Positions 10,542 through 20,462 of a DNA stretch of 64,000 bases are shown here, in pieces. Where the stretch lies: positions 1,536,001-1,600,000 of the forward strand of contig OZ241857.1 of NCBI GenBank assembly GCA_965203315.1, read 5' to 3'. Positions within the stretch are counted from its first letter, which is position 1; each line of letters begins with the position of its first letter. A program made the position numbers and the translations under genes. Source of the stretch: Nitrosopumilus sp. (lineage in GTDB: Archaea > Thermoproteota > Nitrososphaeria > Nitrososphaerales > Nitrosopumilaceae). Under the pieces are notes generated by a model. It was not told where the DNA came from. It worked only from the letters and a program-made list of their open reading frames with translations, and made no database searches.

Positions 10542-10837
10542 CAGTACTTCCAAATGTCTCTTTAAATAACGAAAATTATATAGAAATAGAAAGATCTATA
10601 AAGGGTTTCTAAAAATAACTTTTGTTGAAAAACAAAAATGAATTAAATGGACAGCGATTTAGAAGACATTTAGAATATTCTCGATATACCAGTACTTCCA
10701 AATGTCTCTTTAAATAACGAAAATTATATAGAAATAGAAAGATCTATAAAGGGTTTCTAAAAATAACTTTTGTTGAAAAACAAAAATGAATTAAATGGAC
10801 AGCGATTTAGAAGACATTTAGAATATTCTCGATATAC
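10542..10837 (+). repeat. 148-bp tandem duplication of the IS left end
   Basis: 10542-10689 repeated at 10690-10837. Confidence 0.9.
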
Positions 10838-11921
10838 TGCATTTTTAAATGATTTAGATATTCCTGTGTCTAAAAAAAATAATGCAAAGTTTGGTAAAGA
10901 AGATGTTTTATCCATTATGTTTAAAACAGCCATGTCTAAAAGTACAATAACTGGACATTCAACTTCAATGAAAATGAGGAAAAAGCGTGCTCCATCTCCA
11001 GAATATTTTAGACTATTATTCAAAAAGGCAGCAGCTGATTTTGACAACTTTAAATTTAAAAGGTCAGTAAAAAGCAACATCGCAGCATTACAAGATATGG
11101 GTCGTTGGTCTAAAGAGCCAAAAGATATAGCAATTGATCTGCACAAATATGCACGATATGATGACAAAACAGATACTAAACTATGCTATGGTCCGGTTGA
11201 CGACAGATATGCATTACATGAAAAGTACATGACAGCACAAGTCATAAACGAAGGCGAAACACTAGTTGTGTCAAAACATGCCATGTACAAAGGAGACCAA
11301 AACCCCAATTTTGTGCGTAAAATCATCAAAGATTGTGAAGATCTGCGTCTGGACATTGGTAACTGGTTGATGGATCGTGAGTTTCTTACTACACAGATCT
11401 TGCAGCTGCTGCAAGGTCGAGGTTACACATTTCTCACCATCTGTCAAAATAACGCCAAGACAAGGCGATATCTAGAAGAGTACAAACAAGGAAAACGTAA
11501 ACGAGTATCAAAACGTACGATCTCTAATGGCAAAGGCTTGTCAATGGACTATTACATGATCATAGAAGAAATTGAAAAGGATGGTAAAATAGACTACATT
11601 CCATTCGCAACAAACAATCCAAGAATTGATACAAAAAAATACGCAAAGCGATGGGTTATTGAAACTGGATATAGGGTAGTCGATAAGATGAGATTACCAA
11701 CTACAACTAAAAATGAATCAGTAAGAGATTTGTTGTTTTCTTTTTCTCTTTTGTTTTATAATGCTTGGATCATAGCACGTAACATAGATGATGAAAATGA
11801 TCCATTGAATGTTGGTTGGTGGCACATTCCTCAACTTACGTTCAGAGATCTTGTGCTAGATTACATTGAACTCTATCGAGAAAAATGGCCTCCACCAAAG
11901 ATTGCCGCTGCAGCTTGTTAA
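10770..11921 (+). CDS. ISH3/IS4-like transposase
   Basis: IAIDLH, LMDREF, YAKRWVIETGY (YREK-type) motifs. Confidence 0.9.
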   Translation: MLKNKNELNGQRFRRHLEYSRYTAFLNDLDIPVSKKNNAKFGKEDVLSIMFKTAMSKSTITGHSTSMKMRKKRAPSPEYFRLLFKKAAADFDNFKFKRSVKSNIAALQDMGRWSKEPKDIAIDLHKYARYDDKTDTKLCYGPVDDRYALHEKYMTAQVINEGETLVVSKHAMYKGDQNPNFVRKIIKDCEDLRLDIGNWLMDREFLTTQILQLLQGRGYTFLTICQNNAKTRRYLEEYKQGKRKRVSKRTISNGKGLSMDYYMIIEEIEKDGKIDYIPFATNNPRIDTKKYAKRWVIETGYRVVDKMRLPTTTKNESVRDLLFSFSLLFYNAWIIARNIDDENDPLNVGWWHIPQLTFRDLVLDYIELYREKWPPPKIAAAAC

Positions 11922-12119
11922 TAAGCAGACAGTTGGAAGTACTGAGGCGTGTTTTTACTTGATCGAGAGTTCTATACGGCAGAGATATTTGAACTCTTTA
12001 GACAGATGAATCGAACATTTCTGATGCCCTGCGTACATACCAATCCAATCAAAAAAATGATCAAAGAATTTAAACAAGGAAAGCGTAGGCGAGTATCGCA
12101 GCATCATATTTCTAATAAG

Positions 12120-12403
12120 AGACCCTATTCATAATTCGGTTCTTTCTTGACACTTAGCACGATCATCCTAGCATAAACCAAAACACACACTCATCATTAT
12201 GCATATCTCTTGTTTAGTTGAATATTGATTAAAGTTATCGACGAAATATTTGATATCCTAGAGGTAAATTTACAATATGTTGTGAATTTATAGATCTGCA
12301 TACATATTAAAACTTGGTATAAATGGAATAGTCCAAATCACACACGTGGCACAAAAATATTCAAACTCCAATATTTGCCAAAATTGAATTATGAATACGG
12401 TCT
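12120..12403. mobile_element. 284-bp MITE with ISL2-like TIR and 3-bp TSD
   Basis: AGACCCTATTCATAATTC / GAATTATGAATACGGTCT, TSD AAG; TIR resembles element 46542-48034; removal restores SNKDGLRSSYY. Confidence 0.85.
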
Positions 12404-12822
12404 AAGGATGGATTGCGTTCTAGTTATTATGTGATCATAATAGAGATCAAAAAGAAATTCAAAAAAGAGTATCTTGTATTTGCAACAAACAATCCTAGAA
12501 TAGATGTTGAAAAATATAGAAAGAGATGGGTCATTGAAACTGGATATCGTGACATTAACGATATGAGATTAAAGACTTCTAGTTATGATCACAGAGTACG
12601 AGAATTGATGTTTATTTTCAGTGTATTGTTTTACAACGCATGGATTCTGGCACGAAACATACAATGCGAAGACGATCTCTTTGATTATTGCAATCAAATT
12701 ACTGCACTTGTTTTTCTAGAAATGACATACGAATACATCAAATCGTTTATTGACCCAGAGATCGAACCAGAGCCACCACCAAAACCTGCGGTGGCGTGTT
12801 GAATACACAATTGGGTAAACTG

Positions 12823-12914
12823 TACGATAGCTGATGTGAGGCCGTTTCCGTATTTTGTAAAATTTTTCGAGAATTTTGGGCAGAAAACACCAACCCACGT
12901 CAATTGAACAGAAC
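12823..12914. repeat. Right half of the IS257-like MITE (copy of about 3929-4021)
   Basis: Near-identical sequence ending GTCAATTGAACAGAACC. Confidence 0.8.
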
Positions 12915-13066
12915 CATTATGAGACATTTGAAGATATGGGAGCCGAAGTTTTGAATTATCTGACAGATACACAATTTGGACATTTTACAGTATTTCCACA
13001 GAGATGTAATAATGTGAAATGACTTATTTCGAGCACTATATAAACTATAAGTAATTTAATGTATTA

Positions 13067-16000
13067 TTGACAATAAAATTCTTGAATGAAGATGAGGAAA
13101 GGCTGCATAATTCATTAGCGAAAATTAATTCGAGATTACCGAACGTGTTTTATTCAATATTCGTTGTTTTGCGTCAACAACCACCCAAACAAACAAAAAT
13201 TTCAAAAGATCCAAATACAAAACCAACACCGAAATTACAAATGACCGGAACACCCAACCCTGGAAATAACATCGAAGAAAATCCAGATCGGGTCTCACAG
13301 TCTGCACATTCGGCTAGAGAAACATTAAATCTCATACTCCGAGACCTAAAATTAAAGGCAGATTCCGATACATCTACAAAAAACTGTTCAAATGAAAAGT
13401 CTAAACAAAAAAATAATATTCAAAAATTAGTAGATCTGTATGCCTACGCGCCTAATACTAATCCCTCTTTTCGAAACGAACTCACAGACAGGATTCTCGA
13501 TTTATATGGTTTATTCGTTAGTATATCTCACCATCGCGATAACCCTATATCTGAACAAGAATATTCAATTAAATTAGAAACATACGTAAAATTATTAAAT
13601 TATGTTTTTGACAATCATTATAAAGTAAAACAAGAAATGGAACAAATACTAGAAATACAAAATCCTAATAAAAATGATCTAGAGAAATTAAAGCCTTTGT
13701 TGAGTAAAAATAGGCAATTGTATAGGGATTTCTTTGACAATGCAAAAAGTAATTGGTTAGAACTGTTGATATCTGAAAAGTATTTTGAAAAAATTCCAAA
13801 TTTAAATGAAGATAATCCTGATTGGCCAGAATATTATTATTTGGAACGTATTGCTGTAGAAAAACCTGAACAAATAAAAAATATTATTTTAAAAATTAAC
13901 ATAACAAAATCAGAGTTAGTAACTGTTCATCAAGTGTTGTGTAATTTAATTCGTGCAGCAATTAAAATGCCACCAAATATAGCAAAAGAAGTAGCTAAAA
14001 AAGCAATAAAAAAATGGTATAAAGAATCTACAAGTCAATTTTTGGTACATGATTTAACAAATTTAATGCATCATCTGATCGATCAAGAATTTCAAACAGC
14101 ATTAGATATTTATTTTGTATTAATAGATGTAAAACCAGATCCGGACAAATCGGACGCTGATAACTCTGATTTTTTAAATAATATGGGACAACGTCTTGTT
14201 CCTATGATAAACATTAATGTTTATGAAGATATTTTAAAAAAATATACGCCATTATTGTGTGATGTTGATTATGATTCTGTTCTGGAGAAGCTAATAGAAA
14301 AATTAGTGAAAGCTAATAGTCTCGCAAACAAAATATACTTATTTCCTAAAGAATCACATTATGATGAATCAAATGCTTGGAGAGCTGCAATAGAAGAACA
14401 TGAACGAAACTATAAACTTGATCCACGTTCTCATTTAGTTACTGCCATTCGTCAAACACTAGAAAAATCTGAATATGTGGGAATCGCTAGTCTTAAAAAA
14501 TCATTAGAAATACTAAAATGTAGAAAACGTGATTACCACATCTTCAGTAGACTAGAGATGTATTTTTTTGGTAGACATCCTTTAGACTTTTCAGATGAAG
14601 TTGATAGATTAATTTCTGAATATTTTGACAATAATAACTTCAAACATGAATATTATTATTTGTTGCATAACAACTATCCTCATTTAAAATATGAAACGCA
14701 AAAAAGTATTAAGGAGATGATTTCTAGAGGACCTGATCCTAGTAAGTATAAACGATCTGATGAGAAATTCACAGAATATAAAGAAATATGGAAGATCGAA
14801 AAACTTTATCCGATTATTGACTATCTTCCAGAATTGAAAAAAGAATTTGACTCACTTGTACAAAAACACGGAAAACCCTCGAATATAGACTTTAGTCGTT
14901 ATCCAACACGTGTTTATAGAGAACAACCACCTCCTTCAGAATTGAATGAATCTATGTCAGTGCTCGAAGTCATAGAATTCATACATTCGTACAAAATACC
15001 TGACGAAATATCGTTTTTAGAAGATAGCACAGGGAGAAAATTTAGAGAACTTGTCAAAAAAAATTCTAAAGAATATTCTCAACATGCAATGAAATTACAA
15101 TCTTGTCATGGATTGTTTCAGTTTAGATTTCTAGAGGGGTTGTCAAATAGTAGAAACGTAGATTGGCACACTGTATTTGATTTATGTGAATTAATTATAG
15201 TTGATTCTCCATCTAAAGATCATAGTATTTTACATTGGGTGTTGATTTATTTTGGTGATATACTAAAAAATAATTTACATAGCGATAAAAGTACCATACA
15301 ATTCAATTTACGAAATAAAATATGGAATATTTTAGAAAAGGCAATCGAAATAGCACCAGACGACAAAATAGAATCAGACCGATATTCTGCTGGAGATCAA
15401 GATGCAATGTTTATCGCAGATAACACAAGTATTGGAATACTTATATGGGCTTTAATGGAATATGCAATTTGGTGTTCAAAAGAAATTAAAAATAAAGAAA
15501 ATCCTCACATTCTAGTCCCAGAAGTCAAAAAACTTTTAGAATTAAAACTCGATCCTAAAAATGACCAATCTGTTTCTTTTCATACAATGTTGGGTTATTA
15601 TTTTCCTAATCTCTTATTACTTGACAAAGATTGGACAAAATCAAATATAAGTTTAATTTTTAATCATAGCCCACTTCATATCAATGTCGGTAATGCTGCA
15701 TGGGATGGATATACATTACGAGCTATTTATGAAGCAAGTTATGATGTGTTATTTGACGAATATAAATATAGAATTTCTAATATTATTGATAAAGACATGT
15801 TGACTGTAAAAGACACATCGAGGAGTTTAACTCAACAAATCGCATTAATTTGTCTTAATGATTTAAATCGACATAAAGAATTATTTATACTGTTTTTAAC
15901 AAAATCAAATCCTGTATTAGTAAAGGAATATCTTGAATATGTGGGTCATATTATAGAGGTCTGGGATGATACAAAGCCACCAAAAATAGATATTTTTGAA

Positions 16001-16381
16001 TTATTATCTCACAATGAAATAAAATCAAATCCAAATATGGGGTGGTTATTTTTAACATCAGTGGTACCAAATTCAGAATATCTTACACTATTAAAATCAG
16101 TGCTTATTGAAACAAAAGGAGAGATTTATCCATTATATAGATTGGTAAAAAAAATTAACTCGTTTGTAGAATATTATCCTATAGAAGTACTTGAATGTAT
16201 TGAAAAAATAATCAAATATGATCAAATACATGACATGATGTTTATGATATTAAATGATCTTGATGATATGTTCTCAAAAATTACTGTGCGTAAAAATAAA
16301 CAAGCAATTGATAAAATGAATCAAATAATAAATATCTTGGGTTCTTTAGGATATGATCAATTTAGAAAATTTTATGGTTAG
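13067..16381 (+). CDS. Large hypothetical protein, N-terminal HEPN-like nuclease domain plus long helical region (candidate defence protein)
   Basis: 1104-aa low-GC ORF; NPDRVSQSAHSARE and VSISHH motifs; paralogous to 26241-27605 and 27615-28058. Confidence 0.6.
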   Translation: MTIKFLNEDEERLHNSLAKINSRLPNVFYSIFVVLRQQPPKQTKISKDPNTKPTPKLQMTGTPNPGNNIEENPDRVSQSAHSARETLNLILRDLKLKADSDTSTKNCSNEKSKQKNNIQKLVDLYAYAPNTNPSFRNELTDRILDLYGLFVSISHHRDNPISEQEYSIKLETYVKLLNYVFDNHYKVKQEMEQILEIQNPNKNDLEKLKPLLSKNRQLYRDFFDNAKSNWLELLISEKYFEKIPNLNEDNPDWPEYYYLERIAVEKPEQIKNIILKINITKSELVTVHQVLCNLIRAAIKMPPNIAKEVAKKAIKKWYKESTSQFLVHDLTNLMHHLIDQEFQTALDIYFVLIDVKPDPDKSDADNSDFLNNMGQRLVPMININVYEDILKKYTPLLCDVDYDSVLEKLIEKLVKANSLANKIYLFPKESHYDESNAWRAAIEEHERNYKLDPRSHLVTAIRQTLEKSEYVGIASLKKSLEILKCRKRDYHIFSRLEMYFFGRHPLDFSDEVDRLISEYFDNNNFKHEYYYLLHNNYPHLKYETQKSIKEMISRGPDPSKYKRSDEKFTEYKEIWKIEKLYPIIDYLPELKKEFDSLVQKHGKPSNIDFSRYPTRVYREQPPPSELNESMSVLEVIEFIHSYKIPDEISFLEDSTGRKFRELVKKNSKEYSQHAMKLQSCHGLFQFRFLEGLSNSRNVDWHTVFDLCELIIVDSPSKDHSILHWVLIYFGDILKNNLHSDKSTIQFNLRNKIWNILEKAIEIAPDDKIESDRYSAGDQDAMFIADNTSIGILIWALMEYAIWCSKEIKNKENPHILVPEVKKLLELKLDPKNDQSVSFHTMLGYYFPNLLLLDKDWTKSNISLIFNHSPLHINVGNAAWDGYTLRAIYEASYDVLFDEYKYRISNIIDKDMLTVKDTSRSLTQQIALICLNDLNRHKELFILFLTKSNPVLVKEYLEYVGHIIEVWDDTKPPKIDIFELLSHNEIKSNPNMGWLFLTSVVPNSEYLTLLKSVLIETKGEIYPLYRLVKKINSFVEYYPIEVLECIEKIIKYDQIHDMMFMILNDLDDMFSKITVRKNKQAIDKMNQIINILGSLGYDQFRKFYG

Positions 16382-16391
16382 GTACTTTCTA

Positions 16392-16471
16392 GAATCTTTT
16401 CGATTTATACGGGATGGCGTTTCGCAAGGCTTTTTCTGTAACCATTCTATACCAGTAAACCGAAAATGTCA
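16392..16471. mobile_element. IS6-derived MITE
   Basis: Ends resemble the GGATCTTTTCGATTTACG TIR of element 42002-44995. Confidence 0.7.
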
Positions 16472-16518
16472 CATGCTCTCTTCAATTAAAAGTCAAGATG
16501 ACCTAACAATCTAATAGC

Positions 16519-17433
16519 TCAACTATTTGAACCAGTCTTTAGTTTTAAGAGCATACTGCACGCAGAGCATATCTCTCCTGTACAATCGTTTCCACATCTT
16601 GTACAGGTGCCTCTCTGTTTGTGACTAGCAGTCTTTACTATTTCTGATACCTTTGTAATTGACTGGTATAGGTTGTTCTTGATCCCACTATGTTGCGTCT
16701 CTAGCGAGTTGAGAAACTCACGAATCTCTGTTCGTATTCCTTCATTCATGTGTGGACAAGGCTCTGTCTGAAATGGTATATTGTTTGTAAACGCGTAAAA
16801 TACGATCTCTGACTCGTATATCTCACAGAACGGTTTTATCTTTCTTGGTGGAATAGCTGCAACGTTGGGACCAGTCCACCCAATCCTGTTCGTATCTCCT
16901 GACAACATGTTTATCACAAAAGTCTGTAATGTGTCATCGAGATTGTGACCGGTAGCGATGGCACTAGCCCCCAAGTCTCTTGCAGCAAAGTCCATAGCAC
17001 GTCTTCGTAGTGTACCGCATATAGAACAAGACGACATTCTATCATCTCTGATCTCCAGAGACTCTGATAGTGTCACATCAAAGAGATCCTTGTACGAGTA
17101 TACGTTGTACTCTATGTCTAGTTTGTTGCAAAACTTGGCAACTAGGTCTAACGCCTCTTCTCTGTATCCTGGTATTCCCTCATCGATAGTGATCACTCTG
17201 ATATCAAAGTTGTGTCTGTCAGATATCTTGTGCATTACATCCAGTAGTGTTAACGAGTCCTTACCACCAGATACTGCAACTGCTACTAGATCACCTCTCT
17301 GTATCATGTTGTACTTTGATATGGTCTTTGTCGTCTTGCGTACTATGGATGTAGAGAAACATCCAGAACACAGTCTTGTCCCAGAATACTTTCTGGTGTA
17401 TGCTGCGATACCATCACATTTGTCACACTTCAA
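16519..17433 (-). CDS. tRNA 2-thiolation protein (TtuA/Ncs6/Ctu1 family)
   Basis: SGGKDS PP-loop, CSICGTLRR, TGHNLDD, terminal Zn fingers. Confidence 0.9.
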   Translation of the reverse strand: MKCDKCDGIAAYTRKYSGTRLCSGCFSTSIVRKTTKTISKYNMIQRGDLVAVAVSGGKDSLTLLDVMHKISDRHNFDIRVITIDEGIPGYREEALDLVAKFCNKLDIEYNVYSYKDLFDVTLSESLEIRDDRMSSCSICGTLRRRAMDFAARDLGASAIATGHNLDDTLQTFVINMLSGDTNRIGWTGPNVAAIPPRKIKPFCEIYESEIVFYAFTNNIPFQTEPCPHMNEGIRTEIREFLNSLETQHSGIKNNLYQSITKVSEIVKTASHKQRGTCTRCGNDCTGEICSACSMLLKLKTGSNS

Positions 17434-17442
17434 CTATATCGC

Positions 17443-18639
17443 CTATATTGTAAACCAACCAGACTTGATATATGATAATGCTATGTTTAGTCCAAACACG
17501 ATAAAAGTGAACGCATAGATTCCCCACATTACTCCATTTACTGCACTATCTGACATCTTTTTATCGATTATACTGTGAATGAACTTGCCTCCGTCTAGTA
17601 TTGGTAGCGGTAACATGTTGATTATTCCAATAAAGAACGATATCATCCACAACCACAAGAGAAACATCGATACATTAGGATCTCCCCACTCGATATAATC
17701 CAGTACAGGTTTGTATCCTATGTTGTTGTCTCGCATTATTCCTATCAGTCCTATGTTGGGATCATCTTTTGATGGTGTGATTAAAACATCGAATGTCATC
17801 GGTGTGTCGCCTCGGAGTATACCGACACTTGCAGTATCACCGGGACTCAGACGAGGAAAGTCCGCCGCACTAGATATCTGTTTATCGTTTATAGATACGA
17901 TGATGTCGTTGGCTGCAAGACCTGCTGTCTGTGCACCAGATCCATCGATTATAGAGAGTACGGTTACACCTAGAGGCAGTTCATAAAATGCACCGAGTAT
18001 CGGCTCTGGCAAGACTATGGCAAAGAGTGGATTTGTGAGTAGTATCGCTCCCAAGACTAGAGCAAATATCACGTTTGATGTAGCACCTGCTCCTATAACT
18101 CGTAGTTTGGATATCTTTTTTGCCTTGTTAAACTCTTCTTCATCTGGCTCTACAAATCCCGCAAACATTGCGATAAATATCGCAAATCCCCCAGTCTTGA
18201 TCTTTATCTTTTCTAGTGCAGCTACTATTCCGTGAGCACCCTCATGTACAACCAGTACGATCGGAATAGAGAGCAAAAAGTATGCAATGGCAGAAGGAGA
18301 CGTCAGTGTAACACCTGGTATCAGTACGGTCAGTTCGGCAAACTCGGTCTCTGCGACAAAATAGTTGCCTACATTGTTCAATAGAAACCAGAACGCAAAC
18401 CCCATCATCAGAAATCCAGCTATGACGCTGGTATCTGCAAAGACTCGTATCCCACGTCTAGTTCTACCTAGTAGTCGTACCAGTATGTCGTTGACGCTCT
18501 TGTTCTTGTATACTAGACTGTACGCCTTTATCTCGAATCCAAATCGCTCAAACTTGAGACCCTTTGCTACGACAAGAATCACAACCCAAGCAATCAGAAC
18601 ATACACTATTGCATTTTGAGTTATAAAATCAAGTTCCAA
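17443..18639 (-). CDS. Site-2 protease (M50) with PDZ domain
   Basis: HEGAH, NMLPLPILDGG, transmembrane helices. Confidence 0.9.
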   Translation of the reverse strand: MELDFITQNAIVYVLIAWVVILVVAKGLKFERFGFEIKAYSLVYKNKSVNDILVRLLGRTRRGIRVFADTSVIAGFLMMGFAFWFLLNNVGNYFVAETEFAELTVLIPGVTLTSPSAIAYFLLSIPIVLVVHEGAHGIVAALEKIKIKTGGFAIFIAMFAGFVEPDEEEFNKAKKISKLRVIGAGATSNVIFALVLGAILLTNPLFAIVLPEPILGAFYELPLGVTVLSIIDGSGAQTAGLAANDIIVSINDKQISSAADFPRLSPGDTASVGILRGDTPMTFDVLITPSKDDPNIGLIGIMRDNNIGYKPVLDYIEWGDPNVSMFLLWLWMISFFIGIINMLPLPILDGGKFIHSIIDKKMSDSAVNGVMWGIYAFTFIVFGLNIALSYIKSGWFTI

Positions 18640-18681
18640 TTGTTTGTTAGTTTTTTAAACTAGCACCATTTATCAGTTGCT

Positions 18682-18999
18682 ATGGAGAGTAACATCAGGC
18701 CAGCCATGATCGTATCTACGTATCCTGATATGCGGACTATAAAGGATATAGCAAAGTCTCTTGTTGAGGAGCGACTATGTGCCTGTGTGAATATTATACC
18801 GATAACGTCTGTATACAGATGGCAGAGCGCTATACAAGATACGCCAGAGTATCTAGGTATATTCAAGACCACGTCTGCAAAGTTGTCTGCACTGCGAGAG
18901 AGAGTATCTGAGACTCATCCGTATGATGTTCCCGAGATAGCCGAGCTAGATATGGTGTCATTGAATGAGAGCTATCTCAAGTGGCTGATCGAGTCCTAG
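18682..18999 (+). CDS. cutA: Divalent cation tolerance protein CutA
   Basis: LCACVN, SVYRW, HPYDVPEI motifs. Confidence 0.9.
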   Translation: MESNIRPAMIVSTYPDMRTIKDIAKSLVEERLCACVNIIPITSVYRWQSAIQDTPEYLGIFKTTSAKLSALRERVSETHPYDVPEIAELDMVSLNESYLKWLIES

Positions 19000-20021
19000 T
19001 TGATCGCATAGCGTAGTGTCGATACTATTCCACCAAGTCCAGTAACTCGTAGACCGATATCTGTTGTACTGTCTACTCCGTATGTCTCTACACCTTTTGT
19101 TGTACAGTCATTTAACAGCTGAATCACACCCTCTTCGTTCTGCTGTATTATATGATCAGAGAATACTATGGATTCTACTGCACCCAACTGGTTTGCATGT
19201 ACGGTGTCGTTGTATCCCATTGTAAACTTTTTACTCTTTTTATGTACTGATATCATGATATCGTCTATTATGCTAGATACCTTTGCGAGTTTACTGTCAG
19301 ATATTATCTCTCTCATGGCTTGAGATTTAGTGAACGTGTATATGCCGTCTTCACCACCCGAGTCGATACCTTCTACCATCTGTATGGATAGACTCGTATT
19401 TGTACGCATATGGTTTACGAGTCGATTCTTTGTGTTTCCTGGTCCAAATACCAGTATCTTGTCTCTCTGTATGGCTAGTATGGACTGTAGTATATTGTGA
19501 AAGAACTTTTCTGTGGTATAGTTGGTCTTGTATCTCTTGCCGCCTGCTCCAGAGTATATGTTTGGTAGAAACTCTAAATGTGTTCCGTATAGTCTTGCTA
19601 TGCCACACTCGCCAGAGTCTATCGCGACTAGAACAAATTCGATCTTGTTGACTGGTTTTACTAGTCTGCGTTGTGTATCTGACCAGTATCTCTTTGAGAT
19701 TACAATGTGATTGCCTATTTGTACTGTAAGAGAGTGATGTGATCCATGTGGGATGGCTTCGTTGCTAGACTCTGTGATTCTACCTGATATGCGTAGTCTA
19801 TCTAGATTGTACAGTGTAATCTTTTCAACTAGTAGCGATATCTTGACCTTTACTCGTTCGCCTTTATCTGGTCTGGAATAGTCTCTGTCTTGTTTTATGA
19901 CTCGCGTGGTATCGCCTATTATTGTATCGCCTGGTACAATTACGCGACGTATGTTTAATAGATCGTCCGAGTCTTCGGGGGATACTGCAGTCAGATTCTC
20001 GTTTATCGTCTTTGTGATCAT
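18996..20021 (-). CDS. pelA: mRNA surveillance protein pelota
   Basis: PEDSDDL, RLRISG, GSHHSL, GLGGIVSTLRY; likely start ATG 20021. Confidence 0.9.
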   Translation of the reverse strand: MITKTINENLTAVSPEDSDDLLNIRRVIVPGDTIIGDTTRVIKQDRDYSRPDKGERVKVKISLLVEKITLYNLDRLRISGRITESSNEAIPHGSHHSLTVQIGNHIVISKRYWSDTQRRLVKPVNKIEFVLVAIDSGECGIARLYGTHLEFLPNIYSGAGGKRYKTNYTTEKFFHNILQSILAIQRDKILVFGPGNTKNRLVNHMRTNTSLSIQMVEGIDSGGEDGIYTFTKSQAMREIISDSKLAKVSSIIDDIMISVHKKSKKFTMGYNDTVHANQLGAVESIVFSDHIIQQNEEGVIQLLNDCTTKGVETYGVDSTTDIGLRVTGLGGIVSTLRYAIN

Positions 20022-20074
20022 TGTAGTGTTGTGTTGTGAAATAGACATTAAAGGTTATGTAAGGTTGTGTCTAA

Positions 20075-20183
20075 GGATCGATTTACGTGGGATGGAATTT
20101 TTACAAAAAAGTACAAGACTTCATAAGAGCATTTTAGGTAAAAAGTCTTACAAAATACAATCCCACATAAATCGAAAAGATCC
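20075..20183. mobile_element. IS6-derived MITE
   Basis: CGATTTACGTGGGATG ... ATCCCACATAAATCGAAAAGATCC. Confidence 0.75.
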
Positions 20184-20462
20184 CACTACATTTATTACCT
20201 AGAACTCATTTTGAGTTTATGCTCTACTTTGAATGTTTACACATTCTTTATATTTGCAGGTCTGAAGTTTTCTAGTGGTGCATAACGCATATATGCTAGT
20301 CAATAAAATAACAGCATCAACTAAAATCGATCTAGAGATTAACTTTTTGCTATAGAATATTGCATAACTATTAACTACATTTGATTCTGTGGAAAAAATT
20401 GTAATGTGAATTTGTTTTGTCCTCGACTATATCTAATAAATCATCCACATTAGAGTTAATTG

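Larger units (their letters stand above)
10542..11944 (+). mobile_element. ISH3/IS4-like element with 5-bp TSD
   Basis: TIR CAGTACTTCCAA / TTGGAAGTACTG; TSD AGGCG at 10537-10541 and 11945-11949. Confidence 0.9.
10244..12822 (+). pseudogene. ISH3/IS4-like transposase, 5'-truncated and interrupted twice
   Basis: Pieces 10244-10541, 11950-12119 and 12407-12802 rejoin in frame (IAIDMH, LLDREFY, YRKRWVIETGY); right TIR AATTGGGTAAACTG ends at 12822. Confidence 0.85.

Noticed and set aside
10542-10837. Tandem repeat as CRISPR array
   Set aside because: Two 148-bp units with no spacers; it is an IS end. No cas genes or repeat-spacer arrays anywhere in the window
16958-18619. Plus-strand ORFs antisense to the tRNA thiolase and site-2 protease, and similar shadow ORFs elsewhere
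   Set aside because: Antisense shadows of well-supported genes with no motifs
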